Assembly: GCA_963814375.1 (NCBI GenBank)
Contig: CAWFCQ010000003.1
Span: 128,001-192,000, forward strand
Source: an uncultured Chloroflexia bacterium
Lineage (GTDB): Bacteria; Chloroflexota; Limnocylindria; QHBO01
Direction of reading: 5' to 3'
Length of the DNA: 64,000 nucleotides
The notes under the pieces are model-generated. The model made no database searches. It was not told the origin of the DNA and worked only from the letters and a program-made list of their open reading frames with translations. Shown here in pieces: positions 9,382 to 21,600 of this stretch. The translations under genes were made by a program, and so were the position numbers. Each line of letters begins with the position of its first letter. Position 1 is the stretch's first letter.

Positions 9382-10946
9382 CCCCGGCCCCGCACGAACC
9401 AGGCGAACGGGATGGTTGCCACCGCCACGACGAGCGCGATCGAGAAGACGAGCGCCAGGACGCCCGCCGCCTCGCCCTGCGACCACGCCTCGAGCACGTC
9501 GACCAGGGCGAGCGACGTGTTCGGATCCACCCCGACGAACTCGGGATGCCCGAGCTCGACGACGAGCACGTCCCGGCGAGCGGGGTCGAGAATCAGCCCG
9601 GAGAGCTCGTCGATCCGGTTCTGGCCGAGCGCGGTGAGCAGCGCCAGCCCGACGCTCATGCCAATCGTGCGGGTCACCTGGAGCATCGCGCTGGCAACCC
9701 CGTACGCGCCGGCGCCGGCCGCCTCGACCGCCGCGGTGGCGCGCGGCGAGACGGTCAGGCCGAAGCCGACGCCGAAGATGGCGAGGTCGCGCATCAGCCG
9801 GTCGAGATCGGTCTCGACCCCCCAGCCGATGGCGAGCCACAGCCCCACCGCCGATGCGCCGACCCCGACGAGGGTCACGATCCGCTCGCCGACGACCCCG
9901 GCGAGCAGCCCACCCGCGAGCGCCCCGACGGCGATCGCGAGGGTGAGGGCTGTCAGGGCGGCGGCGGACTGCGCATCGGTCCCGAACAGCACGCGGTTGA
10001 CGAAGACCGGGCCCCCGATGACCGCCGTCGCCAGCGTGTAGCCGGTCAGGAGGCTCACGACGTTGGCCGAGGTGAAGGCGCGGTCGCGGAAGAGGCGGAG
10101 GTCGATGAGCGGCGAGCGCGACCGCAGCTCGAGCCATACGAACGCCGCGAAGGCGACGGCCGACACCGCCAGCCCGGCAATCACCGGCGGGCTCGCCCAG
10201 CCACCGGTGCCGGAGAGGGTGATCGCGCCGATGCCGGCCACGAGCGCCAGCGACAGCAGCAGCGCACCGCCGATGTCGAGCCCGCCACGGACCCGTGGCG
10301 TCTCGATGCCTCCGGCGACAACGTAGATCAGCAGGAGCGTCACGATCCCGATCGGAACGTTGAGCAGGAAGATCCACTGCCACGGCGCGATGTCGAGGCC
10401 GGGCAGCGGCAGCGAGAAGCTGAGCAGCACCCAGGCCCCGTAGGCGGGGCCGATGGCCATCCCGACATACGTTGCCGCCCCCTCGACGCCGAGCGCCGCG
10501 GCACGGGCGCGGCCGGTGAAGAGGTGGCTGGCGAGGGCCATCGACAGTGGCACTAGGGCGCCGCCGCCGAAGCCCTGGACGACCCGCGCGGCGATGAGCC
10601 AGGTGAGCCCGTCCTCTGGCCCGGCCAGCGGCGACAGGCCGGCCGCGGCCGAGCCGATCACGAACAGTGCGAGGGCGATGACGTAGAGCCGCATGGCTCC
10701 CCACAGGTCGGCGCCTCGACCCGCCAGCGGCATGGCGATCACGTAGGCCAGCAGGTAGGCGTTGATGATCCAGCTGACGCGGCCCAGGTCGGCCCAGCCG
10801 CCGAAGTCGGCCACGATCGAGGGCAGGGCGATCGCCACAACCATCAGCTCGGCCCCGCCGAGGAGCACGCCGAGGCTGGCAAAGGCGAGCGCCGACCACG
10901 CCGCTACCGGGTGGAGGCGCTGCGCCGGCGCCTGAACGGCAGTCAC
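9378..10946 (-). CDS. MFS transporter, DHA2/EmrB-like
   Basis: WIINAYLL, ARVVQGFGGG, WQWIFLLNVPIG and PLIDLRLFRDRAF motifs. Confidence 0.9.
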   Translation of the reverse strand: MTAVQAPAQRLHPVAAWSALAFASLGVLLGGAELMVVAIALPSIVADFGGWADLGRVSWIINAYLLAYVIAMPLAGRGADLWGAMRLYVIALALFVIGSAAAGLSPLAGPEDGLTWLIAARVVQGFGGGALVPLSMALASHLFTGRARAAALGVEGAATYVGMAIGPAYGAWVLLSFSLPLPGLDIAPWQWIFLLNVPIGIVTLLLIYVVAGGIETPRVRGGLDIGGALLLSLALVAGIGAITLSGTGGWASPPVIAGLAVSAVAFAAFVWLELRSRSPLIDLRLFRDRAFTSANVVSLLTGYTLATAVIGGPVFVNRVLFGTDAQSAAALTALTLAIAVGALAGGLLAGVVGERIVTLVGVGASAVGLWLAIGWGVETDLDRLMRDLAIFGVGFGLTVSPRATAAVEAAGAGAYGVASAMLQVTRTIGMSVGLALLTALGQNRIDELSGLILDPARRDVLVVELGHPEFVGVDPNTSLALVDVLEAWSQGEAAGVLALVFSIALVVAVATIPFAWFVRGRG

Positions 10947-11611
10947 AGATCGGCGCGCTCGAATGCGAGGCGTGCGCCGACGAGCAGGACGCCCGTCAGC
11001 GCCAGCCCGCCGCCGATGGCCCGCAGGGTCGCACCGAGGTCATCGCCGGCGCCGGACAGCGATGGGAAGACGCCGCCGGTGACGATCCCGGCCGCGACAA
11101 CCAGGGCTGCGGCCGCGAGCACGACGACACTCACCGCGATCGACGGCCGCAGGAGGGAACCCGCCCACAGGCCGGCGGCGATGCCGATCGCGGCGGCGAT
11201 GGCGACGATGGCGATGGCGATGGCGTAGTCGATCGGGCTGGCCCCGACCGCGGCCGAGGCGAGCGCCAGCCAGCCGAGGAAGACACCGGCCGCGATCCCC
11301 GCGGCCGCGATGGCCGCCAGCGCGGCGAACCAGCCGCCCAGGTAGGTGCTGCGGGACACGGATCGCGTGACGAGCCACCCGGCGCGCCCGGAGCCCCGCT
11401 CGAGAGCCAGCGACACGGCAGTGACCGCGCTCGTGACGACGGTCGCCAGCCCGAATCCGGCGGCGAGGCGCGCCGGCGTGCCCGTCGGATCGGGTGGGAG
11501 GAACGCCACCACCGCTCCGGCGCCGACGTAGGCGGCCAGCACGACGAACAGCCGGAGGGTGACCCACAGCTCACGGACCGCGAGGCGGGTGACCGTTCGC
11601 GCCTGGCTCAT
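10943..11611 (-). CDS. ABC-2-type permease-like membrane protein
   Basis: About 6 TMs; LERGSGRAGWLVTRSVSR motif and C-terminal FERADL; coupled to the upstream ATPase-like gene. Confidence 0.7.
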   Translation of the reverse strand: MSQARTVTRLAVRELWVTLRLFVVLAAYVGAGAVVAFLPPDPTGTPARLAAGFGLATVVTSAVTAVSLALERGSGRAGWLVTRSVSRSTYLGGWFAALAAIAAAGIAAGVFLGWLALASAAVGASPIDYAIAIAIVAIAAAIGIAAGLWAGSLLRPSIAVSVVVLAAAALVVAAGIVTGGVFPSLSGAGDDLGATLRAIGGGLALTGVLLVGARLAFERADL

Positions 11612-12386
11612 CGGGCCATGGCCACCGGTTCGGGCTCGTACGCGCCATCGGCTCCCGCGCGACGATCGGCCAGCTCGGCGATCCCTCGCAGGGACAACGA
11701 CAGCCCGGCCGCATCGATGTCCCCGACGGGAGCGACGAGCGCGATCCGGCCACCGCGAACGAGCGCGACGTGGCTGGCCAGCCCCGCATCCGCGGCCGGG
11801 TACCGGCTCGCGATCACGACCGTCCGCCGGTCGCCCGGGAGGTCGAGCAGACCTGCGCGCTCCTCGGCTTCCAACGCGCGAAGCGGCTCGTCGAGCAGGA
11901 GGACCTCGGGGTCGCCCAGCAGCGCCGCCGCCAGCCCGGTGCGCTGGAGGATCGGTGGTCCTCCGCGACCGACCGAGCGGTCGCTCGCGTCGGATGGGAT
12001 GCCCGCCCCAGCCAGGGCCCGGTCGATCCGTTCGTCCGCATCTGCCGCATCCAGCTCCAGCAGCCGGTCGGCGAGCACGAGGGCCTCTCGAGGCGTCATC
12101 CACGAGTGAATGCCGGGCTCAGGTCCGAGGAAGGCGGCACGGCGGCCGAAGCCGGCGCGCGACGGGTCCGAGAGGCCCGGCGATCTCGATCCGGCCGTGG
12201 TTTGGGCGGCTGAGCCCGGCGAGAACTCGCACCAGGGCGGATGCGCTCGCCTCGGGCTCGCCGACGATGAGGAGCCGCGTGCCCACCGGCACCGTCAGCG
12301 AGCATCGGTTCAGAAGGGAGCCGTGGCTGACCTCGCGACACGTGACCGCGGCGGGCTGAAGGAGGCGGAGAGCCGGAGATCCCCAT
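11608..12386 (-). CDS. Degenerate ABC ATP-binding protein; frameshifts near 12383 and 12176
   Basis: Reconstructed LTVPVGTRLLIVGEPEASASALVRVLAGLSRP...GRIEIAG, then DPEVLLLDEP; no Walker A lysine. Confidence 0.7.
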
Positions 12387-12469
12387 AGCGCGTCGGGGGT
12401 CGAGCGGGTCAGCGGCGCACCTCCTGGCAGCGGCCTCCTCCCAGCCGCGGGCCGATCCTAGCAGACCCC

Positions 12470-12497
12470 TTGACACGGCCTCGCGTCGCATTAAGAT
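12470..12497 (+). promoter_or_regulatory. Sigma70-type promoter for the arsR-lipid operon
   Basis: TTGACA-16 nt-TAAGAT, followed by an AT-rich tract (about 12505-12535) that could be the ArsR operator. Confidence 0.65.
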
Positions 12498-12543
12498 AAG
12501 CAACTCTACATATAAACTCGCATTTGATAAAGAATCGCTCTTG

Positions 12544-12903
12544 ATGACTCCAACCCCGGACACCCCGGGCGAGAACGACCTGCGACGGCTCCGCACCCTC
12601 TACCGCGCTCTCGGCGACGAGACGCGGCTGCGCATGATCGGCCTCCTCGCCGAGATCGGACCGATGCCGGTCAACGAGCTCTCGTCACGCGTCGGTCTCT
12701 CGCAGCCGCTGATCAGCTGGCACCTGCGCATCCTGCGTCTGGCGGGCATCGTCGACACGCAGCGCCAGGGCCGGACGACGATCTGCCGGCTCCGCGTCGC
12801 CGCATTCGAAGAGCTGCACGACGCAGAGGCGCGCCTCGTTGCCGGGACGGCCGGCGTCGTCAACCGCGGCGGCGCGCAGGGAACGGTGCCCGATGTCCGC
12901 TAG
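12544..12903 (+). CDS. ArsR/SmtB family transcriptional regulator
   Basis: ALGDETRLRMI...LSQPLISWHLRILRLAGIV winged HTH. Confidence 0.9.
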   Translation: MTPTPDTPGENDLRRLRTLYRALGDETRLRMIGLLAEIGPMPVNELSSRVGLSQPLISWHLRILRLAGIVDTQRQGRTTICRLRVAAFEELHDAEARLVAGTAGVVNRGGAQGTVPDVR

Positions 12904-13561
12904 CCAGCATGCCCCGGACCTTCGCGCGAAGCCGGTGGTGCCGGCCCGCTTCAAGCAGGCCGGTCGCGCGCTCCTGTCCCCGCTCGTGCGGCTGGCGATG
13001 GCGCTCCACCTGACACCCAACACGATCACCGTCATCGGCCTCGGCATCACGATCGTTGCGGCGCTGCTCATCGCGAACGACCTTCTGCTCATCGGCGCGG
13101 CCGTGCTCGTCTTCGGGTCGATCCTCGACGCTGTTGACGGCGGGCTCGCTCGAGCCCAGGGCACCGGCACCGCCTTCGGCGGCTTCCTCGACTCCACGCT
13201 CGACCGCACCGGCGAGGCGGTGGCCTACATCGGCATCGGCGTCTGGCTGCTGAGCAGCATGAGCGACCCGACCTGGCCGATGCTCGCCCTCATGCTGGCA
13301 TTGGCCGGATCCTTCCTCGTCAGCTACGCCCACGCCCGAGCGCAGGGCATCGGCCTGTCGGCCGACGTCGGCCTGGCGCCCCGCACCGAGCGGCTCATCC
13401 TCGTGATCGTGGGTGTGGCACTTGCAGGGTTCGGGTTCGAGGCCGGCCTCGTCGCCATCCTCGGCATCCTGGCGGTCCTGACCGCGATCACCGTCATCCA
13501 GCGCATCTGGCACGTCTGGCGCCTCACCGCGTCCGGCGCTCTCGACAGCAAGGAGAACTGA
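12893..13561 (+). CDS. CDP-alcohol phosphatidyltransferase, phosphatidylinositol-phosphate synthase-like
   Basis: [15 protein letters not shown]-x7[10 protein letters not shown] and SYAHARAQG...RTERL motifs; adjacent to ino1. Confidence 0.88.
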   Translation: MSASQHAPDLRAKPVVPARFKQAGRALLSPLVRLAMALHLTPNTITVIGLGITIVAALLIANDLLLIGAAVLVFGSILDAVDGGLARAQGTGTAFGGFLDSTLDRTGEAVAYIGIGVWLLSSMSDPTWPMLALMLALAGSFLVSYAHARAQGIGLSADVGLAPRTERLILVIVGVALAGFGFEAGLVAILGILAVLTAITVIQRIWHVWRLTASGALDSKEN

Positions 13562-13565
13562 ACAC

Positions 13566-14789
<1,224 letters not shown>

Positions 14790-14821
14790 TCGCGCTCGCG
14801 CGCGTCCGTTACCTTCAACGG

Positions 14822-15802
14822 GTGAAACGCCCATCGGACGGTGAAACGGCAAGCGAGCGGAAGCGGGAGCTCGTCACCTACTGGCTGTACCGCGCCGGCG
14901 AGGCCGTCATCAACGCCGTCCCGCGCCGCCTCGCCATGCCCGCCGCGGCGGCCGTCGGCAACGTGGCCTACGACCTGGCCGGCTCCAAGCGCGACCTCAT
15001 CCAGGCCAACCTCGCTAGGCCGATGGGCCTGGCGCCGGACGACGCTCGCGTTCGCCACGCCGCGCGGCGCGCCTTCCGCAACTACGCCAAGTACCTCGTC
15101 GACATGATGCGGATCGCCGAGACGAGCGAGGCGCAGGCCGCGGCGATGGTCGAGATCGGCAACTTCGAGCTCCTGGCCGAGGCGCAGTCGGAGGGCAAGG
15201 GCGTGCTGCTGTGCACCGTCCACGTCGGCGGCATGGATCTCATCGGGCCTGCCGTGAAGCGGCTCGGCGAATCGCTGCACGTGGTCGCGGACGACACCAC
15301 CTACGGCCGCCTGTACGACCACCTGGCCGATGCTCGAGCGCGTCAGAACATCTTCCTGATCGGGTGGCGGAACCTGCGGGACCTCTTCCGCGCGCTGCGA
15401 GAGGGCCACAACCTCGTGCTCTTCTGCGACGGTGGATACCGGTCGGGTGACGTGCCGATCGAGCTGCACGGCGAGGCCACCACCTTTCCGATCGGCCCTG
15501 CGACGCTCGCCGCCAAGACCGGCGCCCCGATGCTTCCTGTAGCGTGCCGCAGGCTGCCGGACGACCGCTTCGAGGTGCGTGGGCTGCCGCTCGTACATTG
15601 CGAGAGCACCGAGCCGGCCGAGATCCAGCGCGCCACCCAGGCGATTGCCGACGCGCTGGCCGGGGTGATCGCGGAGGACCCGGGCCAGTGGTACCTCTTC
15701 CGCCCGGTGTGGCCCACCACCGATGCCGATCGCGCGCGGGCGCGAGCCGCGCTCGCCGCCGCCCGCAACGGCGAGGACTGGACCAAGATCCCGGCGGCCT
15801 GA
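14822..15802 (+). CDS. Lipid acyltransferase (Lip_A_acyltrans/PatA-like), copy 1
   Basis: AFRNYAKYLVD, GKGVLLCTVHVGGMD (Hx4D), FPIGPATLA and PGQWY motifs. Confidence 0.85.
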   Translation: MKRPSDGETASERKRELVTYWLYRAGEAVINAVPRRLAMPAAAAVGNVAYDLAGSKRDLIQANLARPMGLAPDDARVRHAARRAFRNYAKYLVDMMRIAETSEAQAAAMVEIGNFELLAEAQSEGKGVLLCTVHVGGMDLIGPAVKRLGESLHVVADDTTYGRLYDHLADARARQNIFLIGWRNLRDLFRALREGHNLVLFCDGGYRSGDVPIELHGEATTFPIGPATLAAKTGAPMLPVACRRLPDDRFEVRGLPLVHCESTEPAEIQRATQAIADALAGVIAEDPGQWYLFRPVWPTTDADRARARAALAAARNGEDWTKIPAA

Positions 15803-16677
15803 TGCTCGCCCGCATCGGTCTCGAGATCGCCGACCGCGTCGCGGCGGCGCTGCCGGCCCCGGTCGCGTACGGCCTGGCCGACCTGGCCGGCGACGCATGG
15901 CACCGATTCGCGCCGGGGAGGCGCCGCCTCGTCGCCGCCAACCTCGCCCGCGTGTGCGAGGCCACCGGGCGGCCATCGCGGGGCCGCGCCTTCCGCGCCC
16001 TGGTGCGGTCGGCATTCCGCAACCACGCGCGCTACTACCTCGAGCTGCTGCGCGGCCCGCACTACCAGCCAGGGCAGATCGACGAGATCGTCGACGTTCC
16101 CGAGTGGGCGAAATTCGAGAGCGTCCTGCGGTCAGGTCCGACCGTCCTGATCAGCTCGCATCTCGGCAACTTCGAGCCGTTCGGTGCGTTCCTGGCGGCG
16201 CACGGCTTCGTCGCCCTCTCGCCGATTGAGGAGATCGAGCCACGCGCGCTGTACGAGTTCCTCGCCGCGCGGCGCGGCACGGGCCGCATCGATCTCGTGC
16301 CGCTGCGCGATGCCCGGACGGCGATCGGCCGGCGGCTGCGCGGTGGCGGCCTGGTCGGGATCATCGGCGACCGGCTGGTCGCCGGCGGCGGGCAGACGGT
16401 GAGCTTCTTCGGCCATCCCGCCAGCGTTCCGACCGGTCCGGCGGCCCTGGCGCTCCAGCACGGAGCGTCGGTGATCGTGGGTCGCAGCCTGCGCGCCGGG
16501 CCGGACCGATACATCGTCGAGGGTGAGGTGCTCGAGATCCCGAGCTCCGGCGATCGGCGAGCCGATACGCTCGCGCTGACCGAGCGGATCGCGGCGCGCT
16601 TCGAACGCGATGTGGCGGCCGCACCTGAACAGTGGTGGGGCGCCTTCCAGGCGTACTGGCCGGACCTCGAGGCATGA
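15802..16677 (+). CDS. Lipid acyltransferase (Lip_A_acyltrans/PatA-like), copy 2
   Basis: AFRNHARYYLE, SSHLGNFE (Hx4E), IGDR, FFG, PTGPAALA and PEQW motifs; TGATG coupling. Confidence 0.87.
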   Translation: MLARIGLEIADRVAAALPAPVAYGLADLAGDAWHRFAPGRRRLVAANLARVCEATGRPSRGRAFRALVRSAFRNHARYYLELLRGPHYQPGQIDEIVDVPEWAKFESVLRSGPTVLISSHLGNFEPFGAFLAAHGFVALSPIEEIEPRALYEFLAARRGTGRIDLVPLRDARTAIGRRLRGGGLVGIIGDRLVAGGGQTVSFFGHPASVPTGPAALALQHGASVIVGRSLRAGPDRYIVEGEVLEIPSSGDRRADTLALTERIAARFERDVAAAPEQWWGAFQAYWPDLEA

Positions 16678-17417
16678 CCCGCAATGGCGGCACCCTTGGC
16701 AAGGCTGACATGCATCTCCACACGCTCTACTCGGACGGGACGGCGTCGGTCCAGGCGCTTCTCGATCACGTCGAGCGCGCCACGGATCTCGACCTCATCG
16801 CCGTCACCGATCACGAGCGGATCGACGGCGCGCTCCGGGCGCGGGAGATGCACGCTGCCGGCGACTATTCGTACCAGCTGGTGGTCGGCGAGGAGATCAC
16901 CACCCGGCGCGGCCACGTACTCGCGCTCTTCCTCACCGAGCGCGTGCCGGCGCTGCGCCCGTTGCCCGAGACGCTCGAACGGATTCACGACCAGGGAGCG
17001 ATCGCCATCGCGGCTCACCCGCTTGCGCCGCTCACGCCGTCGCTCGGGAGTGGCTCGTTGCGCTGGTCTCACGGCGCCACCGATCCCCGGCATCACCTCG
17101 ACGCGATCGAGCTCATGAATCCGTCCACCGCCGGACGAGCGCGCCGATCGGCGCGCGAGGCGCTCCATGCCGAGCTGGCCGGCCCGGCGGCGGTCGGCAA
17201 CTCCGACGCCCACGTGCTCGAGGGCGTCGGCTCCGCCTGGACATGGTTCCCCGGCTCGAGCGCCGGCGACTACCGCGCCGCCATCGCGGCGGCCACCACC
17301 CGCCCCGACGGCGCCTACTGGAGCCACCTCCACAACGTCGACGTCTACCGCCGTCAGCTGAGAGCCAAGGTCAGGCACCTGCGCCATACTCTGCGGCCAA
17401 CGGGAGAGTGGCGGTGA
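16674..17417 (+). CDS. PHP-domain metallophosphoesterase
   Basis: DMHLHTLYSDG, VTDHE, GEEI, AHP and NSDAH motifs; ATGA overlap with upstream gene. Confidence 0.88.
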   Translation: MTRNGGTLGKADMHLHTLYSDGTASVQALLDHVERATDLDLIAVTDHERIDGALRAREMHAAGDYSYQLVVGEEITTRRGHVLALFLTERVPALRPLPETLERIHDQGAIAIAAHPLAPLTPSLGSGSLRWSHGATDPRHHLDAIELMNPSTAGRARRSAREALHAELAGPAAVGNSDAHVLEGVGSAWTWFPGSSAGDYRAAIAAATTRPDGAYWSHLHNVDVYRRQLRAKVRHLRHTLRPTGEWR

Positions 17418-18598
17418 CAACCGGAGAGTCGGCGGTGGTGGACGTGTCAGTCCCTCCAACGCCTGCCAGGCCGCCCCTACGGATCGGGATCGTGAGCCCG
17501 TACGGCTACCCCCATCCGGGCGGGGTCAACGAGCACGTTCGCTTCACCTACGAGGCGATGAGCCGGTTGGGCCACGACGTCTGGATCATCACCAGCAAGT
17601 ACGGCCGTGAGCGCGAGAGCGAGGGCCACATCATCCGCCTCGGCACCGGCTGGGCGGCGCCGGCCAACGGCAGCGTCGGCCGCGTCACACTGGGGCTACG
17701 CTTCAAGCACCAGGCACGCGAGATCCTCGAAGCGCAGCGCTTCGACATCCTCCACTTCCACGAGCCGCTTGTGCCCTTCCTGTCCCCCACCATGCTCGAC
17801 GCCAGCGATACCGTGAATATCGGCACCTTCCACGCCTTCGGCGGCTTCAGCCCCAGCTACTGGATCGGCAGCCGATTCGCACGCCACCTGGCCGACAAGC
17901 TGGACGGCCGGATCGCCGTCTCGGGGGCGGCGCGCCACTTCATCAGCCGATACTTCCCCGGCGACTATCAGATCATCCCGAACGGCGTCGAGATCGACCG
18001 ATTCACTGAGGCCGAGCCGTATGAGGAGCTGCGGGACGGCACCCTGAACATCCTCTTCGTCGGCCGGTTCGAGGAGCGCAAGGGCCTGATTCACCTGCTC
18101 AAGGCCTACCACCGCCTCCGCAAGCGCAAGGTCGACGCGCGGCTGCTCGTCATCGGCTCCGGACCGAAGCTGCGCGAGTACCGCCGCTTCATCGGCCTGC
18201 GCGGCATTCGCGACGTCGAGTTCCTCGGACGCGTCAGCGACGAGGAGAAGGTCCGCTATTTCGCCTCGGCCGACATCTACTGCGCGCCAAACACCGGCCA
18301 GGAGTCGTTCGGGATCGTGCTGCTCGAGGCGATGGCCGCCGGCGTGCCGATCGTCGCTTCGGACATCCACGGCTTCAAGCGCGTCGTCGAGCGCAACGTG
18401 CAGGGCATCCTCTTCGAGCCCCGCAACCATCGCGCGCTGGCCGCGGCGCTCTACAAGCTGGCGCGCGATCCCGATCTGCGCCACGAGATGGGCGAAGCGG
18501 GCCGCCAGCGCGCCCCCGAGTTCAGCTGGGACCGGGTCACCGAGCAGATCGTCGATTACTACTACGAGGTCCGCGAACGGGTCAGCGCGGCGTCCTGA
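17414..18598 (+). CDS. pimA: GT4 phosphatidyl-myo-inositol alpha-mannosyltransferase-like (PimA-like)
   Basis: IGIVSPY...PGGVNEHV, HFHEP, GRFEERKG and CAPNTGQESFGIVLLEAMAAG motifs; operon context. Confidence 0.8.
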   Translation: MTTGESAVVDVSVPPTPARPPLRIGIVSPYGYPHPGGVNEHVRFTYEAMSRLGHDVWIITSKYGRERESEGHIIRLGTGWAAPANGSVGRVTLGLRFKHQAREILEAQRFDILHFHEPLVPFLSPTMLDASDTVNIGTFHAFGGFSPSYWIGSRFARHLADKLDGRIAVSGAARHFISRYFPGDYQIIPNGVEIDRFTEAEPYEELRDGTLNILFVGRFEERKGLIHLLKAYHRLRKRKVDARLLVIGSGPKLREYRRFIGLRGIRDVEFLGRVSDEEKVRYFASADIYCAPNTGQESFGIVLLEAMAAGVPIVASDIHGFKRVVERNVQGILFEPRNHRALAAALYKLARDPDLRHEMGEAGRQRAPEFSWDRVTEQIVDYYYEVRERVSAAS

Positions 18599-18629
18599 TC
18601 GGACGGTGGAACGCCGTCGGCGCGACCGG

Positions 18630-21600
18630 CTAGCCGGATGCTCCGGCTGTCTGAACGAGGTGCGACTCTGCCTCTTCGACCCTCGAATGAAATCCGAAGG
18701 ACGCAAACAGATCCCGCGCCTCGGTCAGCACGGCCCGTGCCTCCGGCTCGCCCAGGTCCACGAGGCACCGTCCAAGGCCGAGGAGGCTGTAGGCAAGCTC
18801 CCGAACGTAGCCGAGGGCCCTCATTCGCTCCGACGCGTCCACATACATGGGCAGCGCCGCCCGACTTCCGTCAGTGATCTCCGTGACGGCCGCGCGCGCT
18901 GAGGTGGCCGCGGCCACGTGCATGTCATACGTAGGTGTGATGCCGTCGATCAGCCGCGCCGCGAGCTCCACGTCGTCCAGCGCAAGGGCCGTCCGCACCG
19001 CAATTGGAAGCGCAAGGCAGTAGAAGAGGCTCTGGCGCGCGAACGGCACGTCGGAGACGGCATTGAGCGTGCGCCTGGCCCGCTCAGGGTCCCCTGATCG
19101 GAGCCATACGAGCGCCAGCCGGCCTTGCAGGATCTCGAGGTCGAGCGATTCGACCTCGTCGATGTGAGAGGCGGCCGTCGTTGCGCGTTCCACCGCCTCG
19201 CCGAGCTCGCCGCGCTCCGCGAGGAAATGGCCGATGCACGTCGACGCGTCAACAAGGTCGAACATGTCTCCGAGCTGCAGGGAAGCGTCGGCGTGCTCGC
19301 GCCAGATGCTGATCCCTTCGTCGAGGCGACCTCGGTCGACGAGGATCTCGGCCGAGTTGCTGCGAATCAGCTCGGCAAGGGCGCTCATGTTGCGTTTGCG
19401 CGCGAAGGCGATCCCGTCGTCTAGGGCATCCAACGTCAACGCGGGCCCGTAAATGACCCACCGCAGAAGGGCGAGGTTATTCATCATGTTGGCGGCCAGG
19501 CGCCCAGCGCCACCCGCGATGAGCGCATCGACAGCTCGATCTGCCTCATCGATCCCATCTCTCTCCCCGCTCTCGGCCCGAGCCAGACCTCGGTAGCCAT
19601 GGGCCTTGAGAGGCGGATCCAGGCCGGCCGCATCGGCCAGGGCAATCGCCTGGTCGGCGGTCTCGATCGCGGTCTGCTGCGATCCAGTGAGCCACTGGCA
19701 TCGCGAGAGCTCACTCAGGGCCTGCACCCGGAGCCGGGGGTCATGACCCTCGGCGAGCAGCGCCACGGCCTCCGCGGCCAGATCGAGCGGGCTACCACCA
19801 CCAATGCTGCGGGACACCTCGGTCTCCAGGATGAGAGCCTCGGCGAGCAGGTCGTAGCGCCCGGCTGCGCGGAGCGCCGCCTTGGCCGCCCCCAGCGCAT
19901 CCGCGGCCTCGCGCAGCCGCATCTCCTGAAACGCAGCCTCGGCCCAGCGGATGAGGAGCTCCGGCCGATCCCAGTGTCCCTCCGGCGTCAGCTCCAGCGC
20001 ACGCGTGAGGCGGGCCTCGGCCTGCGAAGCGTCGAGGCCCATGGCTCGTTCGCCGGCCATGCGCAGGTAGCGCCGCGACGCGTCAGTGAGGCGCTCGGTC
20101 GCCGATGCGTCACCCGCTCCCCGCGCGAGCTCGAGCGCGGCAAGCGCGTGATGCGCGAGAAGCTCGGCCATGTCCTCCACCCGCCCGGCCGCTCGTGCCT
20201 CGATCCAACCTGCCGCCGCCTCGTGCCGCCGCGCGCGCTCGGCTCGCGGGATCTGCTGGTACGCCACGTCACGGACAAGCCCGTGCCAGAAGGCATACTC
20301 GGCCTCCCCTTCCATCGTGCTGAGCCGTGACGGGCGAACGAGCTCCTTCCGCGAGAGCTCGTGCAGATCCTGCTGCACGTCCGCCGAAGGGCGACCGGCC
20401 ATCTCCGCGAGGGCTCCCGCCCAGAAGACCTTGCCGATGACCGCAGCGTCCTGGAGCAAGCTCTTGCGGACGGGTGGCAGGGTGTCGAGCCGGGCGGCGA
20501 TAAGCGCCTGCACATTGTCGGGAAACTCCCATCCGACGCCGATCCGGCTGTCGGCGATGAGTCGGACAAACTCCTCAGCGTACAGGGGGTTCCCGCCTGC
20601 CCGATCGACGATCGTCTGGCGCACGTCATCAGCACTGGACGATCGCTCCAGCAGCGCGATCACGAGCTCGTTGGTCTCGCCCGTCGTCAGTGGCGCCAGA
20701 TTGATGGTGTGGGCGTTTCGGATTCCGCTGGTCCAGTCGGGGTTCGCCTCGAACAGCTCCGGTCGCGTGGTGCAGACGACGAGCAGTGGGACGCCCTCAG
20801 CCCACTCGGCGAGGTGCGCGATGAACTCGAGAAGGGCGCTATCCGCCCAGTGCAGATCCTCGAAGACGAGCACTGCCGGCGCATCGGACGCCATGGACTC
20901 GAGGAAGGTCTGCCACGCGCTGAAGCTCTCTTCGCGAGTGGTCGCCACGCCAGAGTCGATGCCTAGCAGCGGAAGGAGCCTGGCGCGGAGGAACGCGCGC
21001 TGCTCGACCTCGGGGAGAGATGCCTCGAGCTTTTCGGCCGCGACATCGGGGGAATCGGTCTCGAAGATGCCCGCCTGCGCCTTGACGATCTCGCCGAGCG
21101 CCCAGAACGTGATGCCGTCGCCGTATGGCAGGCAACGGCCCTGGCGCCAAGTGATGAGATCGGGCAACTCGTCAATATGGGCGAACAGCTCGGCGCACAG
21201 CCGGCTCTTGCCCGCGCCGGGCTCGCCCACCAGGGTCACGAGCTGTGTCCGCGAGTCGCGCGCGCATCGGTCGAAGAGGCTGGTGAGCATCGCCCGTTCG
21301 GCCACACGACCGACGAACGGCGAGTCGTGGGTGCGGATGAGGTCGGTGCCGAAACGAGCCCGTGCCTCGACCGCACGGAACAACTCGACCGGCTCGGCCT
21401 TGCCCTTGAGCTCGACCGGTGGAAGCGGCTCATACACGAAGACTCGCTCCGTCTGGCGCTGCGTCTCCTCCGAGACGGCGACGCCGTCGATCGGCGCGGC
21501 TCCCTGGATCCGGGATGCGGTATTGACCACGTCGCCGGCGACGAACCCCTCGCCGAGGTCGGGCCGCGCTCCGAGGGTGACGAGGGCCTCGCCCGTGTTG

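Noticed and set aside
14822-16677. Lipid A late acyltransferases implying LPS
   Set aside because: Same Pfam family, but the ino1/PIP synthase/pimA context and monoderm-type markers favour inositol-lipid acylation
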